A DNA stretch of 64,000 bases from Clostridia bacterium (GTDB lineage: Bacteria > Bacillota > Clostridia > UMGS1883): the NCBI GenBank assembly GCA_030527235.1, contig JAUNBL010000002.1:12124-76123 (forward strand), given 5' to 3'. Positions 50,131 through 60,700 of this stretch are shown in pieces. Made by a program: the position numbers and the translations under genes. Position 1 is the stretch's first letter. The number at the start of each line of letters is the position of its first letter. The notes under the pieces are model-generated. The model was given only the letters and a program-made list of their open reading frames with translations. It searched no databases and was not told where the DNA came from.

Positions 50131-51429
50131 ATGGACAGAAATTTTAATGAGCGGATGCAGGAAAAGCTTGACCAACTAGAAGAAGCGCACCGTCCAGAAC
50201 CAATTAGAAGCGACGGCGCGGGCGCCCTTGATTTGGGTCCGAGAAACTTAAAGCGCGACAATGAATCACCCGACTTGCTCGTCCCTCCGGCAACGGATTT
50301 CGGACTGATACCGAATCTGAAATTCTCCATGTCCGACACACACATGGACCTGAAGCCGGGCGGCTGGTCACGTGAAATCACAAAACGCGAGCTTGCGATT
50401 TCTGACACTTTTGCCGTTGTGGATATGAACCTCTCCCCCGGCGTTCGTGAGATGCACTCTCACCAGCAGTCCGAGTTCGGCTTTGTATTGGTTGGCGGCG
50501 CACGCGTCAGTGCAGTTGATGAAATGGGACGCAACTTTATTGCCGACTGCAAAGTCGGAGAGGGCTGGATTTTCCCGAAAAATGTCCCGCACTCCATACA
50601 AGGCCTGGGCGAAGGCTGTGAGTTTTTGATGTTCTTTGACAAGGGCGAGTATTCCGAAAACAACACCTTTTCTATCAGCGAGCTGTTCTCGCATCTTCCC
50701 AAGGACGTTTTATCCGCGAACTTCGGCTGTACGGAATCGGAGTTCGATAATATACCTCTTCAAGAGGTATATATCACCGACGGCGGCGATTGCGGCACTC
50801 TTGAATCTCAAACAATTAAATCGCCTTATGGGAGCGTGCCTCACACATATAAACACGAACTTATAAATGTCGCTCCCATTTTAAGCGACGGAGGCTCTGT
50901 CCGCATTCTTGACAATAGGAATTTCCCTGCCTGCAATACCGTTGCAATCGCCATGGTTGAGATTGAGCCCGGTGCAATGCGCGAAATCCATTGGCATACC
51001 AATAACGACGAATTCCAGTATTATCTCCAAGGTCAGGGCCGCATGACAGTGTTTATGCCCGGTCCCAAAGCCAGAACGTTTAACTACCAAGCCGGCGACG
51101 TGGGCTATGTCCCGGTAGGCGGTTTTCATTATGTACAAAATACCGGCACCGATAAGCTTATTTACCTTGAAGTCTTTAACAGCAGCCATTATTCCGATAT
51201 TTCTCTTGCCCAATGGATGGCAAATACCCCTAAAGAGGTTATTAAGAGCGTGCTGAATCTCTCAGACGAGTTCATAGACAGCCTCAATCAAAAAAGCTGC
51301 CCCGTGGTGAAATATCCGGGGTTTGAGTTCCCGCCCGCAAAGGGAACACCGCAGAATGTAAAATACTTCAAAGATTTTGACTATACAAAAAAAGATTCTG
51401 CTATAGGCTCGGGCAACGTAATAAGCTAA
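50131..51429 (+). CDS. Bicupin, oxalate decarboxylase (OxdC/OxdD) family
   Basis: Start at ATG 50131 (AAGGAG RBS). It aligns along its whole length with B. subtilis OxdC as I recall it: PDLLVPPATD, REMHSHQQSEF...PHSIQGL, the lid YSENNT, a second cupin AMREIHWHTNNDEFQYY and FNYQAGDVGYVP. Confidence 0.85.
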   Translation: MDRNFNERMQEKLDQLEEAHRPEPIRSDGAGALDLGPRNLKRDNESPDLLVPPATDFGLIPNLKFSMSDTHMDLKPGGWSREITKRELAISDTFAVVDMNLSPGVREMHSHQQSEFGFVLVGGARVSAVDEMGRNFIADCKVGEGWIFPKNVPHSIQGLGEGCEFLMFFDKGEYSENNTFSISELFSHLPKDVLSANFGCTESEFDNIPLQEVYITDGGDCGTLESQTIKSPYGSVPHTYKHELINVAPILSDGGSVRILDNRNFPACNTVAIAMVEIEPGAMREIHWHTNNDEFQYYLQGQGRMTVFMPGPKARTFNYQAGDVGYVPVGGFHYVQNTGTDKLIYLEVFNSSHYSDISLAQWMANTPKEVIKSVLNLSDEFIDSLNQKSCPVVKYPGFEFPPAKGTPQNVKYFKDFDYTKKDSAIGSGNVIS

Positions 51430-51475
51430 AAGAAGCGCCCCACCCCAAAAGGGCAGGACGCAAGGAGAGGCTCTT

Positions 51476-52951
51476 TTACACGAGTTCTATAACATTGACC
51501 GAGTGCGGCGGCAAGGTAACTTTGCCGCCAAACTTGGTCCATTCTGATACGCTTATCCCAACTTCGGTTTTGCCTATATCATTGTATGAATTCTTGCTTT
51601 TGCCATTCAAGCAGTGGATTCTGCATTTGCTGATTTCTGCGTCCAAAAAGCGCAGCCCAATCTCACATTCATTCTCGGCATCTTTGTTTATTGCGCTGAC
51701 TGCATATCCTTCCTTGGTCCGCGTCACAACGACATCCGACATCTCCATATCGCCTGTGTCGCTCAAAGGTGTGTCTGCATTCCACACATCAAGCACATTC
51801 TCTCCAAGCAGATTGGCAAAAAGATAGAATACATAATATGTCGGACGCAAAACTATTCCTTCTTTGTGCGTACAGATGCAGCCGCGCGTGTTCACTACGG
51901 GAGAAAAACACGCCATTCCCACAATATCACAGTTGCGCAGACAGGTGTTCAGGAAACATGCGGAAAATACCGCATCTGCCATTGTATATACCTTGTTGTC
52001 ATCGTTCCTGTCGCGAGGCGCAAGGTATTCCTCTTTAGAGTAATATCCATCGCGGTGAACATTATTCATCACGTTCGGATGGTACCATCCGCGCAGATTC
52101 CACTCATCATAGGCTATTTTTATCTTATCGTGCAGTTCAAGAGCTGTCAGGTATGAGCGCACACGATCTATCGAGCGAGAAAGCCTTTTCCCTGTTTTTG
52201 CTATGACTTCCTCATAGCTTGCGTGCTGTACACCGTCCGGAGAAAAATCCCAGTAATCGTGAATAGACACCCAATCCAAGAGCTGCCCCGCGCTTCTGAG
52301 CAAGTTCAAATTCCAATCCAAATCGGCAATGGACGCCGCCGATAACTCAATAGATGGGTCCACACGATGCATCATCTTTGCCGCTTCCCTGACAAGCGCG
52401 CCCCACTGTTCAGACGTCTTAGCGCCCACCTCATGTCCGCCCCAGTTTTCGTTGCCGATACTCCAGTATTTCACACCGTAAGGCGCTTTGGAGGCATTCT
52501 TGGCTCGCCATTTTGCAAAAAAGCCTTCATTCGCTATGTTGCAATACTCCACCCAGTCGCTCATTTCTTCAGCTGTACCGGTACCGGCGTTTGTACAAAT
52601 GTAAGGCTCACAACCTATTTTACGGCAAAACTTAATGTACTCATCTGTTCCAAAAGTGTTTGGCTCCTCCACTCGCCACGCTTTATCAAAAGCAGTTCTG
52701 CGTTCCTTACCCACGCCGTACTTCCAATTGTACGCCGATACAAAGCACCCGCCGGGCCAGCGCAGCACCGGTACACGTATATCGCGCAAAGCCGCAATAA
52801 CGTCCGTGCGAAAACCGTCCTCGTCGGAAAGCGGAGAACCCACGTCAAACAGACCCCCGTAAATCTGGCGATGAAAGTGTTCAATAAAGTGACCGTAGAG
52901 CATTTTATCGGCTTTACCTATAATCTGATTATTATCAACTGTGATTTGCAT
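51476..52951 (-). CDS. abfA: GH51 alpha-L-arabinofuranosidase
   Basis: LYGHFIEHFHRQIYGG, LRWPGGCFVSAYNW, the acid/base motif YWSIGNENWG and YDEWN. 491 aa, cytoplasmic. Confidence 0.88.
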   Translation of the reverse strand: MQITVDNNQIIGKADKMLYGHFIEHFHRQIYGGLFDVGSPLSDEDGFRTDVIAALRDIRVPVLRWPGGCFVSAYNWKYGVGKERRTAFDKAWRVEEPNTFGTDEYIKFCRKIGCEPYICTNAGTGTAEEMSDWVEYCNIANEGFFAKWRAKNASKAPYGVKYWSIGNENWGGHEVGAKTSEQWGALVREAAKMMHRVDPSIELSAASIADLDWNLNLLRSAGQLLDWVSIHDYWDFSPDGVQHASYEEVIAKTGKRLSRSIDRVRSYLTALELHDKIKIAYDEWNLRGWYHPNVMNNVHRDGYYSKEEYLAPRDRNDDNKVYTMADAVFSACFLNTCLRNCDIVGMACFSPVVNTRGCICTHKEGIVLRPTYYVFYLFANLLGENVLDVWNADTPLSDTGDMEMSDVVVTRTKEGYAVSAINKDAENECEIGLRFLDAEISKCRIHCLNGKSKNSYNDIGKTEVGISVSEWTKFGGKVTLPPHSVNVIELV

Positions 52952-53106
52952 TTTTTCATCCCCGTCTCTTGAATTTGCAACGCTGATATGTTATATTAGT
53001 ATTATAGGTTCTCTGTTTCCTTTATTCAATAGCATAAGACACTTATTACTTTACATATACTACTATAAAACATATACAAATAGTATTATTTTTAAGGAGG
53101 GATAGC

Positions 53107-53895
53107 ATGTACATAAATCATTGCGGGATAGGCACAACACACAGCGGAGACTTCAGCATCGACCGTCCTCACGGTTCCGGTGATTATCTTTTCATTTTTA
53201 CCAAAACGCCTTTTATAATGGTTACGAACAATAAAATTAACCGTTGTCCCGAGCATACAACGGTTTTTTTCAAAAAGGGTGATGCACAGCATTTCATGGC
53301 GGCGGGCAGTCTCTATCAAAACGATTATATTCATTTTCAGGCTCAAAGTGAGGATGAAGCGTTTATAAACTCGCTTCCGCTGCGTTCCGGCAAGCCTTTT
53401 ATTAATATTGATTCTTCCGCCTATATAAATATTCACCGCTTGATTTGCATGGAATACATCTGCGACAATGATTTTCGAGACACGGCGATTGATTCACTTT
53501 TGCGCTATTTCCTGATAAAGCTCTCTCATTCAATGTGTGCGGCCGCACTGCCACCTGTCGCCGCTTCGCTAAGCGAGGAAATGGAAGCTCTCCGCGCCGA
53601 GATTTACAAAGATGTCCATAAAAACAGAACGATTGCACAGATGTCCAAACAGCTTAATATAAGCCCATCGTACTTTCAGGCATCTTACAAAAAAATGTTC
53701 AAGCGCTCTTGCATTTCAGATGTGATTTACGCAAAAATCGAGCACGCCAAGCTGCTCCTCACATCGACCGCTTACCCCATCGGGCGTGTCGCGCAGCTTT
53801 GCGGATATGAAAATGAGACTCATTTTGCAAGGCAGTTTAAGCGTATTTCCGGAATGACCGCAAGCGAATACAGAAAGAATTTTATGCGTCTCTGA
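53107..53895 (+). CDS. AraC/XylS family transcriptional regulator
   Basis: AAGGAGG RBS, cupin-like sensor half and C-terminal HTH pair (IAQMSKQLNISPSYFQASYKK...VAQLCGYENETHFARQFKRISGMTASEYR). Divergent from abfA. Confidence 0.85.
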   Translation: MYINHCGIGTTHSGDFSIDRPHGSGDYLFIFTKTPFIMVTNNKINRCPEHTTVFFKKGDAQHFMAAGSLYQNDYIHFQAQSEDEAFINSLPLRSGKPFINIDSSAYINIHRLICMEYICDNDFRDTAIDSLLRYFLIKLSHSMCAAALPPVAASLSEEMEALRAEIYKDVHKNRTIAQMSKQLNISPSYFQASYKKMFKRSCISDVIYAKIEHAKLLLTSTAYPIGRVAQLCGYENETHFARQFKRISGMTASEYRKNFMRL

Positions 53896-53953
53896 CTCAC
53901 GGTCGTATACGCATATACCTGCTCCGCTGCTTCACATTTTCCCATTAAACTCT

Positions 53954-53986
53954 ACCAGAGCCACAAATGAAATCTGTGGCTCTGGT
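53954..53986. terminator. Hairpin between convergent genes (probable terminator)
   Basis: A 12-bp perfect stem accagagccaca / tgtggctctggt with a 9-nt loop. The flanks are only weakly T-rich. Confidence 0.45.
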
Positions 53987-54008
53987 GTGTAGTGCAAAAT
54001 GTGAAATA

Positions 54009-54215
54009 TTAAGCTTGCTGTACTATCAAGTCTTCAACCACATCTTTGAAATGGATGTGCGAAACCTTGCAGGAATTGAGCTGTTCTAAGATGCGCAGCA
54101 CGGTTTCTTTTTCACTTGATACGTCTGTAATTTTGTCTTCCATGTGCTCTACACCGTAAATTGCCACTGTGCCATTGTCATCAATTTGCGTTTTGTTAAC
54201 TATTAGTGAATACAT
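54009..54215 (-). CDS. Hypothetical small protein (68 aa)
   Basis: Stand-alone ORF in a 590-nt gap with an AAGGGG RBS and an AT-rich upstream region containing TTTACA, 18 nt, TATTAT. I cannot name a family with confidence. Confidence 0.5.
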   Translation of the reverse strand: MYSLIVNKTQIDDNGTVAIYGVEHMEDKITDVSSEKETVLRILEQLNSCKVSHIHFKDVVEDLIVQQA

Positions 54216-54338
54216 CCCTAAAACCCCTTATTCTTTTTTTTGCACGCTCGGTAATAATATCATAAAAAGAGAGCATTTGTAAATTATCATAATGCGTAAA
54301 TTTTCCAACATTATTGTTAATATATTGTAAAATATACA

Positions 54339-54367
54339 CAAAGCCGCAGGAAAACTCCCCTGCGGCT
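54339..54367 (-). terminator. Intrinsic terminator after the beta-helix protein gene
   Basis: An 11-bp stem aaagccgcagg / cctgcggcttt. On the minus strand it is followed by GTGTATATTTT. Confidence 0.55.
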
Positions 54368-54481
54368 TTGCTTCAATTTCCCATCTTTTAGCAGCTCTCA
54401 TTTTTTAGAACAAACTCAGCATACAAAAAAGTTTTCTGCAAATTTGCTGTTTGAGCCAGCATTTTTTCACGCCGGCAAACC

Positions 54482-54688
54482 CTATATAGGGCGCATAGTG
54501 GATAACGATTTCCATAGAAACATCTTATCAAAAGGATTTCCCGCTTCTATTTTCACCAAGCCGTTTTCCGGCAGTAAAACATCCCGCGTTTCGGCTGATG
54601 TCAGCTTGTCACTGTCATATACGGCAAAAAATGCTTTCACTTGCTCTTCCTTCTGCCCATAAACAACGATATGCCCTTGGTCTTCAAA
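54482..54688 (-). other. Recurrent C-terminal module, copy C
   Basis: FEDQGHIVVYGQKEEQVKAFFAVYDSDKLT...ENGLVKIEAGNPFDKMFLWKSLSTMRPI. Confidence 0.5.
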
Positions 54689-57466
54689 AATTCTCTCGCC
54701 GTGGCGGATGTCTTTCATTGTGTAGTCCGATACCGCAAACTGACCTTCGGGATACCCGCTTCCGCCCCGCACAAGAATCTTTCCCACACTGTTCATACTT
54801 TTGGCGCTCTGACGAAAACTCGCCTCTTCACAAATTACAACAGACTCTCCGCCGTTTTCTGAGCAGTAAATACTGAATTTTTTCTTTTCTGCGTTTATGT
54901 ACATTTTTATATGATACCTTCCCCATGCCTTATATGAAACAGCTGATGTCTGATAGGCAGTTCCGTCGTAGTATTCAAATTTCCCGTTTGTGAAAAGTCT
55001 CATATCTACTCCGCAAGAACCCCACCCATTAACGGTGTTTTCTGCCGCCGTCTGCTTCACCACTCCATCAATGTTATCGAGAAAAGGGACAATATCAAAC
55101 TCCACCACCGTAACCGCTCCCCCTGTTCCAGATATAGGCCACGCGCTGAAATCCGCCGTTGAATAGAATATGTCATCCGAATCGTAGACATAGAGAGTTC
55201 TGATGTCCCACCATGCTTTCTTGGCCTTTGCTATTACTATTTTAATGTATCTTGCCTCAACCGGTTCAAACGTTACCTCTATCGTCTCTGCTGCATTATT
55301 TCTGACTGACGCAATATTCCCCCCCCAGTTCGTCCCATCGGAAGATACATATATGTCGCAGTCTGCCGGGTAATCCGGGTTGTCTCCAGTCCGTCCGGTA
55401 AAAGACAATTTATATATTTTGTGAACCATCTTCATGTCAACGGTGAAATAGTCTCCCACTGCTTGGTCTTTGCCCGACACCCATCTCGTATTGGCATTTC
55501 CATCCAATGCGTTTGCAGTAGAATATCCGCTGCACGTGCTGCTCGCCTGTGCGCTCCAGCCAAACATTGGAATTGCGCGTTCAGGCATTTGCGGAAGTTC
55601 ATGTGCAGGGAGAATGTGTCTGTACTCCTCGCTGACTCCGGCAGAAAGAATTATATCCGGGCTGTAGAGCCTGCCGTTGTTTGACAGCGAATTTGAGCCG
55701 GTGCGGTTTTGCCAAATCCCAGGACAATCAAACATTGCGTTGTTGCTGACATTATATCCTTCAGTTTTTTCGTCAAGATAAATTCCGGCGCATCCGTAGT
55801 CAAACCACGAACGGCTTTCAAAATCATGTATGTAATTATGTCTGATTTCGCTGCCAGGCTGTTTGGACAAAGTATATATAGCCGCTCCGTCGCAAACAAC
55901 CTTATTTACATCGTGAATGTGGTTCGCATTTATCTTGTTTGTGTTCATTGCGTTGTCTGCCGCCGTCCACCCGAAGCCAACACTGATTCCTGTATACGGC
56001 ATATGGCTCAGAGTATTGTGCTCTATCGTAATATTTCTCGGATATCCTCCCCCTATACCGACAGAGCCCTCATAATCGGTTCCAGCCCTTGTGAGGTAGT
56101 TATTTCGTATCACCTGCCCGTCACATATTTCCCTCTCGTCGGAAGGATTGTAAGGGTCATGATAGTCTTTTAAGTCGTCGCACATAAATTTGCCCACGCT
56201 TATCCCGTTTCCGGAAATGTCCGAAAACACATTGCCTTCCACAACTCCGCCTTTAATCGCATAGTGCAAATCAAGCCCCGTCGCCCCCAGACAGCAGAAG
56301 GTATTGTTCTTGAAGTCAATATTTTCCGCACATGCGCCATATACTGCTGCGGGAATCCGGTATATTCCAATCTCATTTGAAAGATTGCTGGTTAAAACGT
56401 ACTGCGAAGCCTGTCCGCCGACAAGACCCTCCTCATTAGGTCTTGTCCAGTTGGAATGCATAAACGTGATTCCGTCAAAGACGAGATTCTTTACGGGATT
56501 ATCAATAGTTCCTTTAATTGATATCAGTGTTTCCGTATACGGAGCAATCACCTCCGCCATGCTCATATCCTGATTTTCAAACGCCTTGAAGTAAAGCGTA
56601 TCTGTGCTTTTGTCCAGGTACCACTCACCTTGTTCGTCTATAAATTCGTATGCGTTTTCAAACCACATTACAAACCTTGTAACGTTCGCACTGCTGTACC
56701 CGGTAATATCGGGATGCGGCCTATTAAAAATCCGTTCCGAACATGGGCTTTGTATTTTAAGCGCTGCATTTCCTCCAATAAACTCCACCGATTCAATAGG
56801 AAGCAAATTATCAGTCCAGGCTGTAAATACTTTGAGCTTTACATCCTTGAAATTGTTCCACCGTTCAACGAGAGCCCCCTCAACGACAACGCTGTCTTTC
56901 GGATATACCACACCGTTTACGGAAGTTTCTTCCCTGTACGCCTTTACGATTCTTTGTGAATACAAATCATTTTGCGCCACATTTTTTGCCCTGACCGCCT
57001 TTTGTCCGTCAACATAGAGCTGGGCAAAATCAAAACCTACATTTTCAGCCTTGTATATGTTTTTTCTGGCATCGTGAAGCGTCCAAGCCTCAATTTTTCT
57101 GCCTCCGCTTATCACAGCGTTATTTCCCTTGTAAAAAACGCTGTGTCCGTTCATCCCGCCGTCTGCGGCAGCAAACGATATTGTTTCGCCAACGCTGTAC
57201 GTTCCCTCCCCGATGTGTACCATTACATCGCTATTTGCGTTAAACTGCCTGACTATTTCCTGCGCCCTATTAATCGTACGAACCGGATTTCCCGCTAAAC
57301 CCGAATTACCATCGTCTCCCAACACTGAAACATAAATTTCCACCACAGTGTCCCTTTCCGCTCCTATCGCTCCGATATTTCCGAATATCAACGCTATTGG
57401 CAGCATTATAAAAATAACTCTCTTTATTTTGCACCCCCCTCTCGCATTTTTGAAGTCCTGCTCCAC
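54482..57466 (-). CDS. Secreted right-handed parallel beta-helix (pectin-lyase-fold) protein with a discoidin domain, a 'VRGGSG' jelly-roll-like module and the recurrent C-terminal module
   Basis: Signal peptide KIKRVIFIMLPIALIFGNIGAIGA. PbH1-type repeats (NNTFCCLGATGLDLHYAIKGGVVEGNVFSDISGNGISVG; IEHNTLSHMPYTGISVG). Discoidin unit (NALDGNANTRWVSG...ARYIKIV). The start is uncertain: GTG 57466 as listed, or a non-canonical codon after the GGGGGGTG RBS at about 57437. Confidence 0.72.
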   Translation of the reverse strand: MEQDFKNARGGCKIKRVIFIMLPIALIFGNIGAIGAERDTVVEIYVSVLGDDGNSGLAGNPVRTINRAQEIVRQFNANSDVMVHIGEGTYSVGETISFAAADGGMNGHSVFYKGNNAVISGGRKIEAWTLHDARKNIYKAENVGFDFAQLYVDGQKAVRAKNVAQNDLYSQRIVKAYREETSVNGVVYPKDSVVVEGALVERWNNFKDVKLKVFTAWTDNLLPIESVEFIGGNAALKIQSPCSERIFNRPHPDITGYSSANVTRFVMWFENAYEFIDEQGEWYLDKSTDTLYFKAFENQDMSMAEVIAPYTETLISIKGTIDNPVKNLVFDGITFMHSNWTRPNEEGLVGGQASQYVLTSNLSNEIGIYRIPAAVYGACAENIDFKNNTFCCLGATGLDLHYAIKGGVVEGNVFSDISGNGISVGKFMCDDLKDYHDPYNPSDEREICDGQVIRNNYLTRAGTDYEGSVGIGGGYPRNITIEHNTLSHMPYTGISVGFGWTAADNAMNTNKINANHIHDVNKVVCDGAAIYTLSKQPGSEIRHNYIHDFESRSWFDYGCAGIYLDEKTEGYNVSNNAMFDCPGIWQNRTGSNSLSNNGRLYSPDIILSAGVSEEYRHILPAHELPQMPERAIPMFGWSAQASSTCSGYSTANALDGNANTRWVSGKDQAVGDYFTVDMKMVHKIYKLSFTGRTGDNPDYPADCDIYVSSDGTNWGGNIASVRNNAAETIEVTFEPVEARYIKIVIAKAKKAWWDIRTLYVYDSDDIFYSTADFSAWPISGTGGAVTVVEFDIVPFLDNIDGVVKQTAAENTVNGWGSCGVDMRLFTNGKFEYYDGTAYQTSAVSYKAWGRYHIKMYINAEKKKFSIYCSENGGESVVICEEASFRQSAKSMNSVGKILVRGGSGYPEGQFAVSDYTMKDIRHGERIFEDQGHIVVYGQKEEQVKAFFAVYDSDKLTSAETRDVLLPENGLVKIEAGNPFDKMFLWKSLSTMRPI

Positions 57467-57490
57467 GCGCCGCCTTTTTCTCGCAATCGC

Positions 57491-57709
57491 CTATATTTCC
57501 GTAGGTCTTGCCGCAGACTCCATTTCGCGCCAGATAAAAAGCTTTGTGGCGTCTTCTTTCTGAAGCTCCGCCTCTCCATTTTCCACCATTATGTCAATTT
57601 TTCTTACTTTTTCAACCACTCCGCTTGCATCATAAGTCGCAAAGTATGCGTCGTACTCTCCGTCTATACCGCGTATTGTCAAAACATCTCCGCTCTCTGA
57701 AACATCCAA
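57491..57709 (-). other. Recurrent C-terminal module, copy D
   Basis: LDVSESGDVLTIRGIDGEYDAYFATYDASGVV...ENGEAELQKEDATKLFIWREMESAARPTEI. Confidence 0.5.
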
Positions 57710-60700
57710 ATTGTAAGGGTTGTAGAAATATATTTCTATCTCCGCTAAGTTTAATCTGTTTCCGTTGTCGTCCCTGAACAACCATGCTCCGTAGGATGAC
57801 GAAGTCTTAATTTCCGTTCTGACATATCGGATATATTTGCAGACGACAGCTTCTTCCAATGCGAATATCTCCTCCGGCGAATTGTCCTTTCCATCGGGGC
57901 TCGGATTCATCCTTCCGATTGTTTCCCACGTTGTAGCGTCAAGGCTTCCTTGAACCTCGCAGCCCACTGCCAGCACCCAATCGGCCCAGTAATTATTGTA
58001 TGAAGTGCCGCCGGCGTTTTTTTGCTTCTTTATTATCACCTTTGTCACGGCGCGCGCTTCGTCAAGCTCAAATACGAATTCACCCTCGCTCGCGCTCTGG
58101 GCCGAATCTGTGTTTTGGTCTATGGCCAACGGCGCGTTATCCGAGTGAATCTCAGCCTTTTCCATTCTACCCATTAAAAAATCGCTGTAAAACTCTATTT
58201 CCGCTGCGGCCATGCTTATACTGGAGCCGTTGTTTACGCTGTCGAAGTAAATCATATAATATCTATACTGTTTCCCGTCAGTATCAATCCTAACCATCGC
58301 GGGAATGTATTCGCTTGTAGCCGTAACTCCTCCGACCTCACCCACAAGCGTTCCCGCCTCAGGATTACCGTTCATCGGCGAATTGGCCGCGTACACCTTC
58401 GCCCCGTTAATACGTATGGCGTAGTTTTCATCTGCCTCGGGACGACGGCCCACCACCGCCAACTTTGTCAGCGCAGTCAAATTGCAAAGCTCTGCCTCAA
58501 GGTATTTGACTTCGGCGTTATCCTTTGAAGCATAGGCAGTAGAGGCGTCACCATCAAAGGCGTTTGCCGCCGCCCAGATTTCGCTGTAGCCATCGGAACC
58601 GGAAACGGAGGCGACCTCCGCTTTGTATATTGAGTCTCCGCTGCCAAGTACATTTACCGCAATTTTCTTAGAGAGCGAGCCTATCGAAACGGTAATAACG
58701 GTACTTCCTTTGTTTTGCGCAACAATAACTCCGTTATTCACTCTTGCCACGGCCATGGCTTCACTATGCCAATCTGCAGCTTCGTAAGCATTTTTAAGTG
58801 TCTCGGCCGTAAGAACAACCCTCTCGTACTTGTCAAGGATAAGACTGCTTTCAACTTCTGCGTCGCCGCATTTAACAATGATATCGTTCAAAACCTCATC
58901 AAGGGTAAAACTTACTTTCACCGTATCTCCGGCGTTAAGAGAGAGGCTCACATATTTTCCGATGCTGTCGGAAAGGGCAGCCGTTTCTATCCCGTTCACT
59001 TTAGCAGCTGTCCAAAGCTCACCGCAGCGCAGCTTAATTGTATTGCCGTCTTTGTTAGAGGCTATTGTTACATCTGCAACTCTGTTTTCAAGGTTCCACT
59101 CAAGGCTGGTTATTTCCGCTCTGCTTCGGCTCATAATCCCTGTAACCTTACCTCCGTTCCAGTCGGAGGGAAGGGCGGGAATTATCTCGATTTCTCCGGT
59201 GTTGGAAAAGACCAAGGCCTCATTTACCGCACCGACGGCTCCGAAAGCCGTATCGGTGCAATAGGTATCGTTTCTCCTATTGGTATCATGGTCGGTCATA
59301 AGTGAAGAATAGTAGGCAGTGGCATTCATCATTTTGAGCAGTGATGCCATCATTCCGTCACCGCGTCTGAGTCTTGCTTCGACAAGCGCCTTATGCATCC
59401 ATCCGTGTCCGGCAGTCGCGTCCCCGGTATTATATCTATTGCGGTTATTGAGAGCGATGTTTGCCGCCTTTGCAATTTCAGTTGAGTTTCTGATGTCATA
59501 TGCAGGCCATGCCACATAAAGGTGGCTCAAATGGCGGTGATTGTTGTTTTCTGTGTACTCTTCCATAGCCCATTCACGGAGAGCGCCGTCAGAGTCGCTC
59601 TTGTAGTCGGAGATTCTGTCTTTCAGCTCCTGCCATTTTGAAACCGCCGCTTCATGCCCGACCCTTCCTACGGCCGCCTCTATGGCGCACACCATGTCCA
59701 GCCCGTCCTTTGCGGCAGAAATATCCATAGTCGCATTGGCTGTAAGGGTGCTTGTATAGCCCACGGGGTGGTTTTCCGGCGAATAACTCGGAATGATTAT
59801 GTACTTCTCACCCGCATTAATGACTGTTTTACTTTCGTCGTGACAGGCTCTACCGTCACTGTCGGTATAATAGCGTGGAGTAACTATCTGTTCCCAGAAA
59901 TTTGCCTGCTTTGTCAGCAGCGGTAAAAGAATGTCCTTTTCAAGGTCAAGAAACCCCTTGGCCTTAAGTGCGGCAAACTCTTCATTCGTAAGGCCGCCGT
60001 CGTTTACGCTTAGAACCCCTTGAAGGTTGTCTATCCTCATATAGTCGTTGATGGGTATCTGCACATTTCCAAAGCACTGCCAGTACTCGTATATGGGCAG
60101 CAAGCACCAGCTGGCGCCGGCATTCCAGTATTCAAACGGATAGGAACTGTCGTATTCCACATGCATGGCTCTGTCAGCATCAGCATTTACACTAAGTTGA
60201 ATCGCGTCGTGCATGCCATAGGCCTTTTCAGCGTTCAACATAAAATCAGGAGCATGGCGGAGAAAAAAGGTAATATAGCCAAGCTGAAATTCACGCAGAT
60301 TGCCTGTGTTCATTGCACTGACCTGCAAATTTACGTTTGCGTCCAGTGTGTATATGCTTCGCCATCCGGGGTTCCACTCTCCGCTCCACATGCCGTAAAG
60401 ACGTGGTGCAGTAGTGCCGCCGGCGCAGATTTGGGCATAACGCGCCTGGCTGTAGCTGCGCTCCATAAACTCGTGGTTTATGCGGTCGGTTGTTCCACGC
60501 TGCAGCGCGATAAGGGCATCGTTGTCGTAGCTTTGGTATTCCTCATCGCCATCGAGGTCAAATGTAAGGCGGTTGAATTCCTCTCCATGCTCCTTTGCTG
60601 AAGGCGCAAGAGCGGCCGCATAATTGAACTTTCCGTCGGCCGTGTACTTAGCGGCCACAGCGCTTGTCCGATTGGAAAGCTCGCCGACAAGCGCGTAAGC

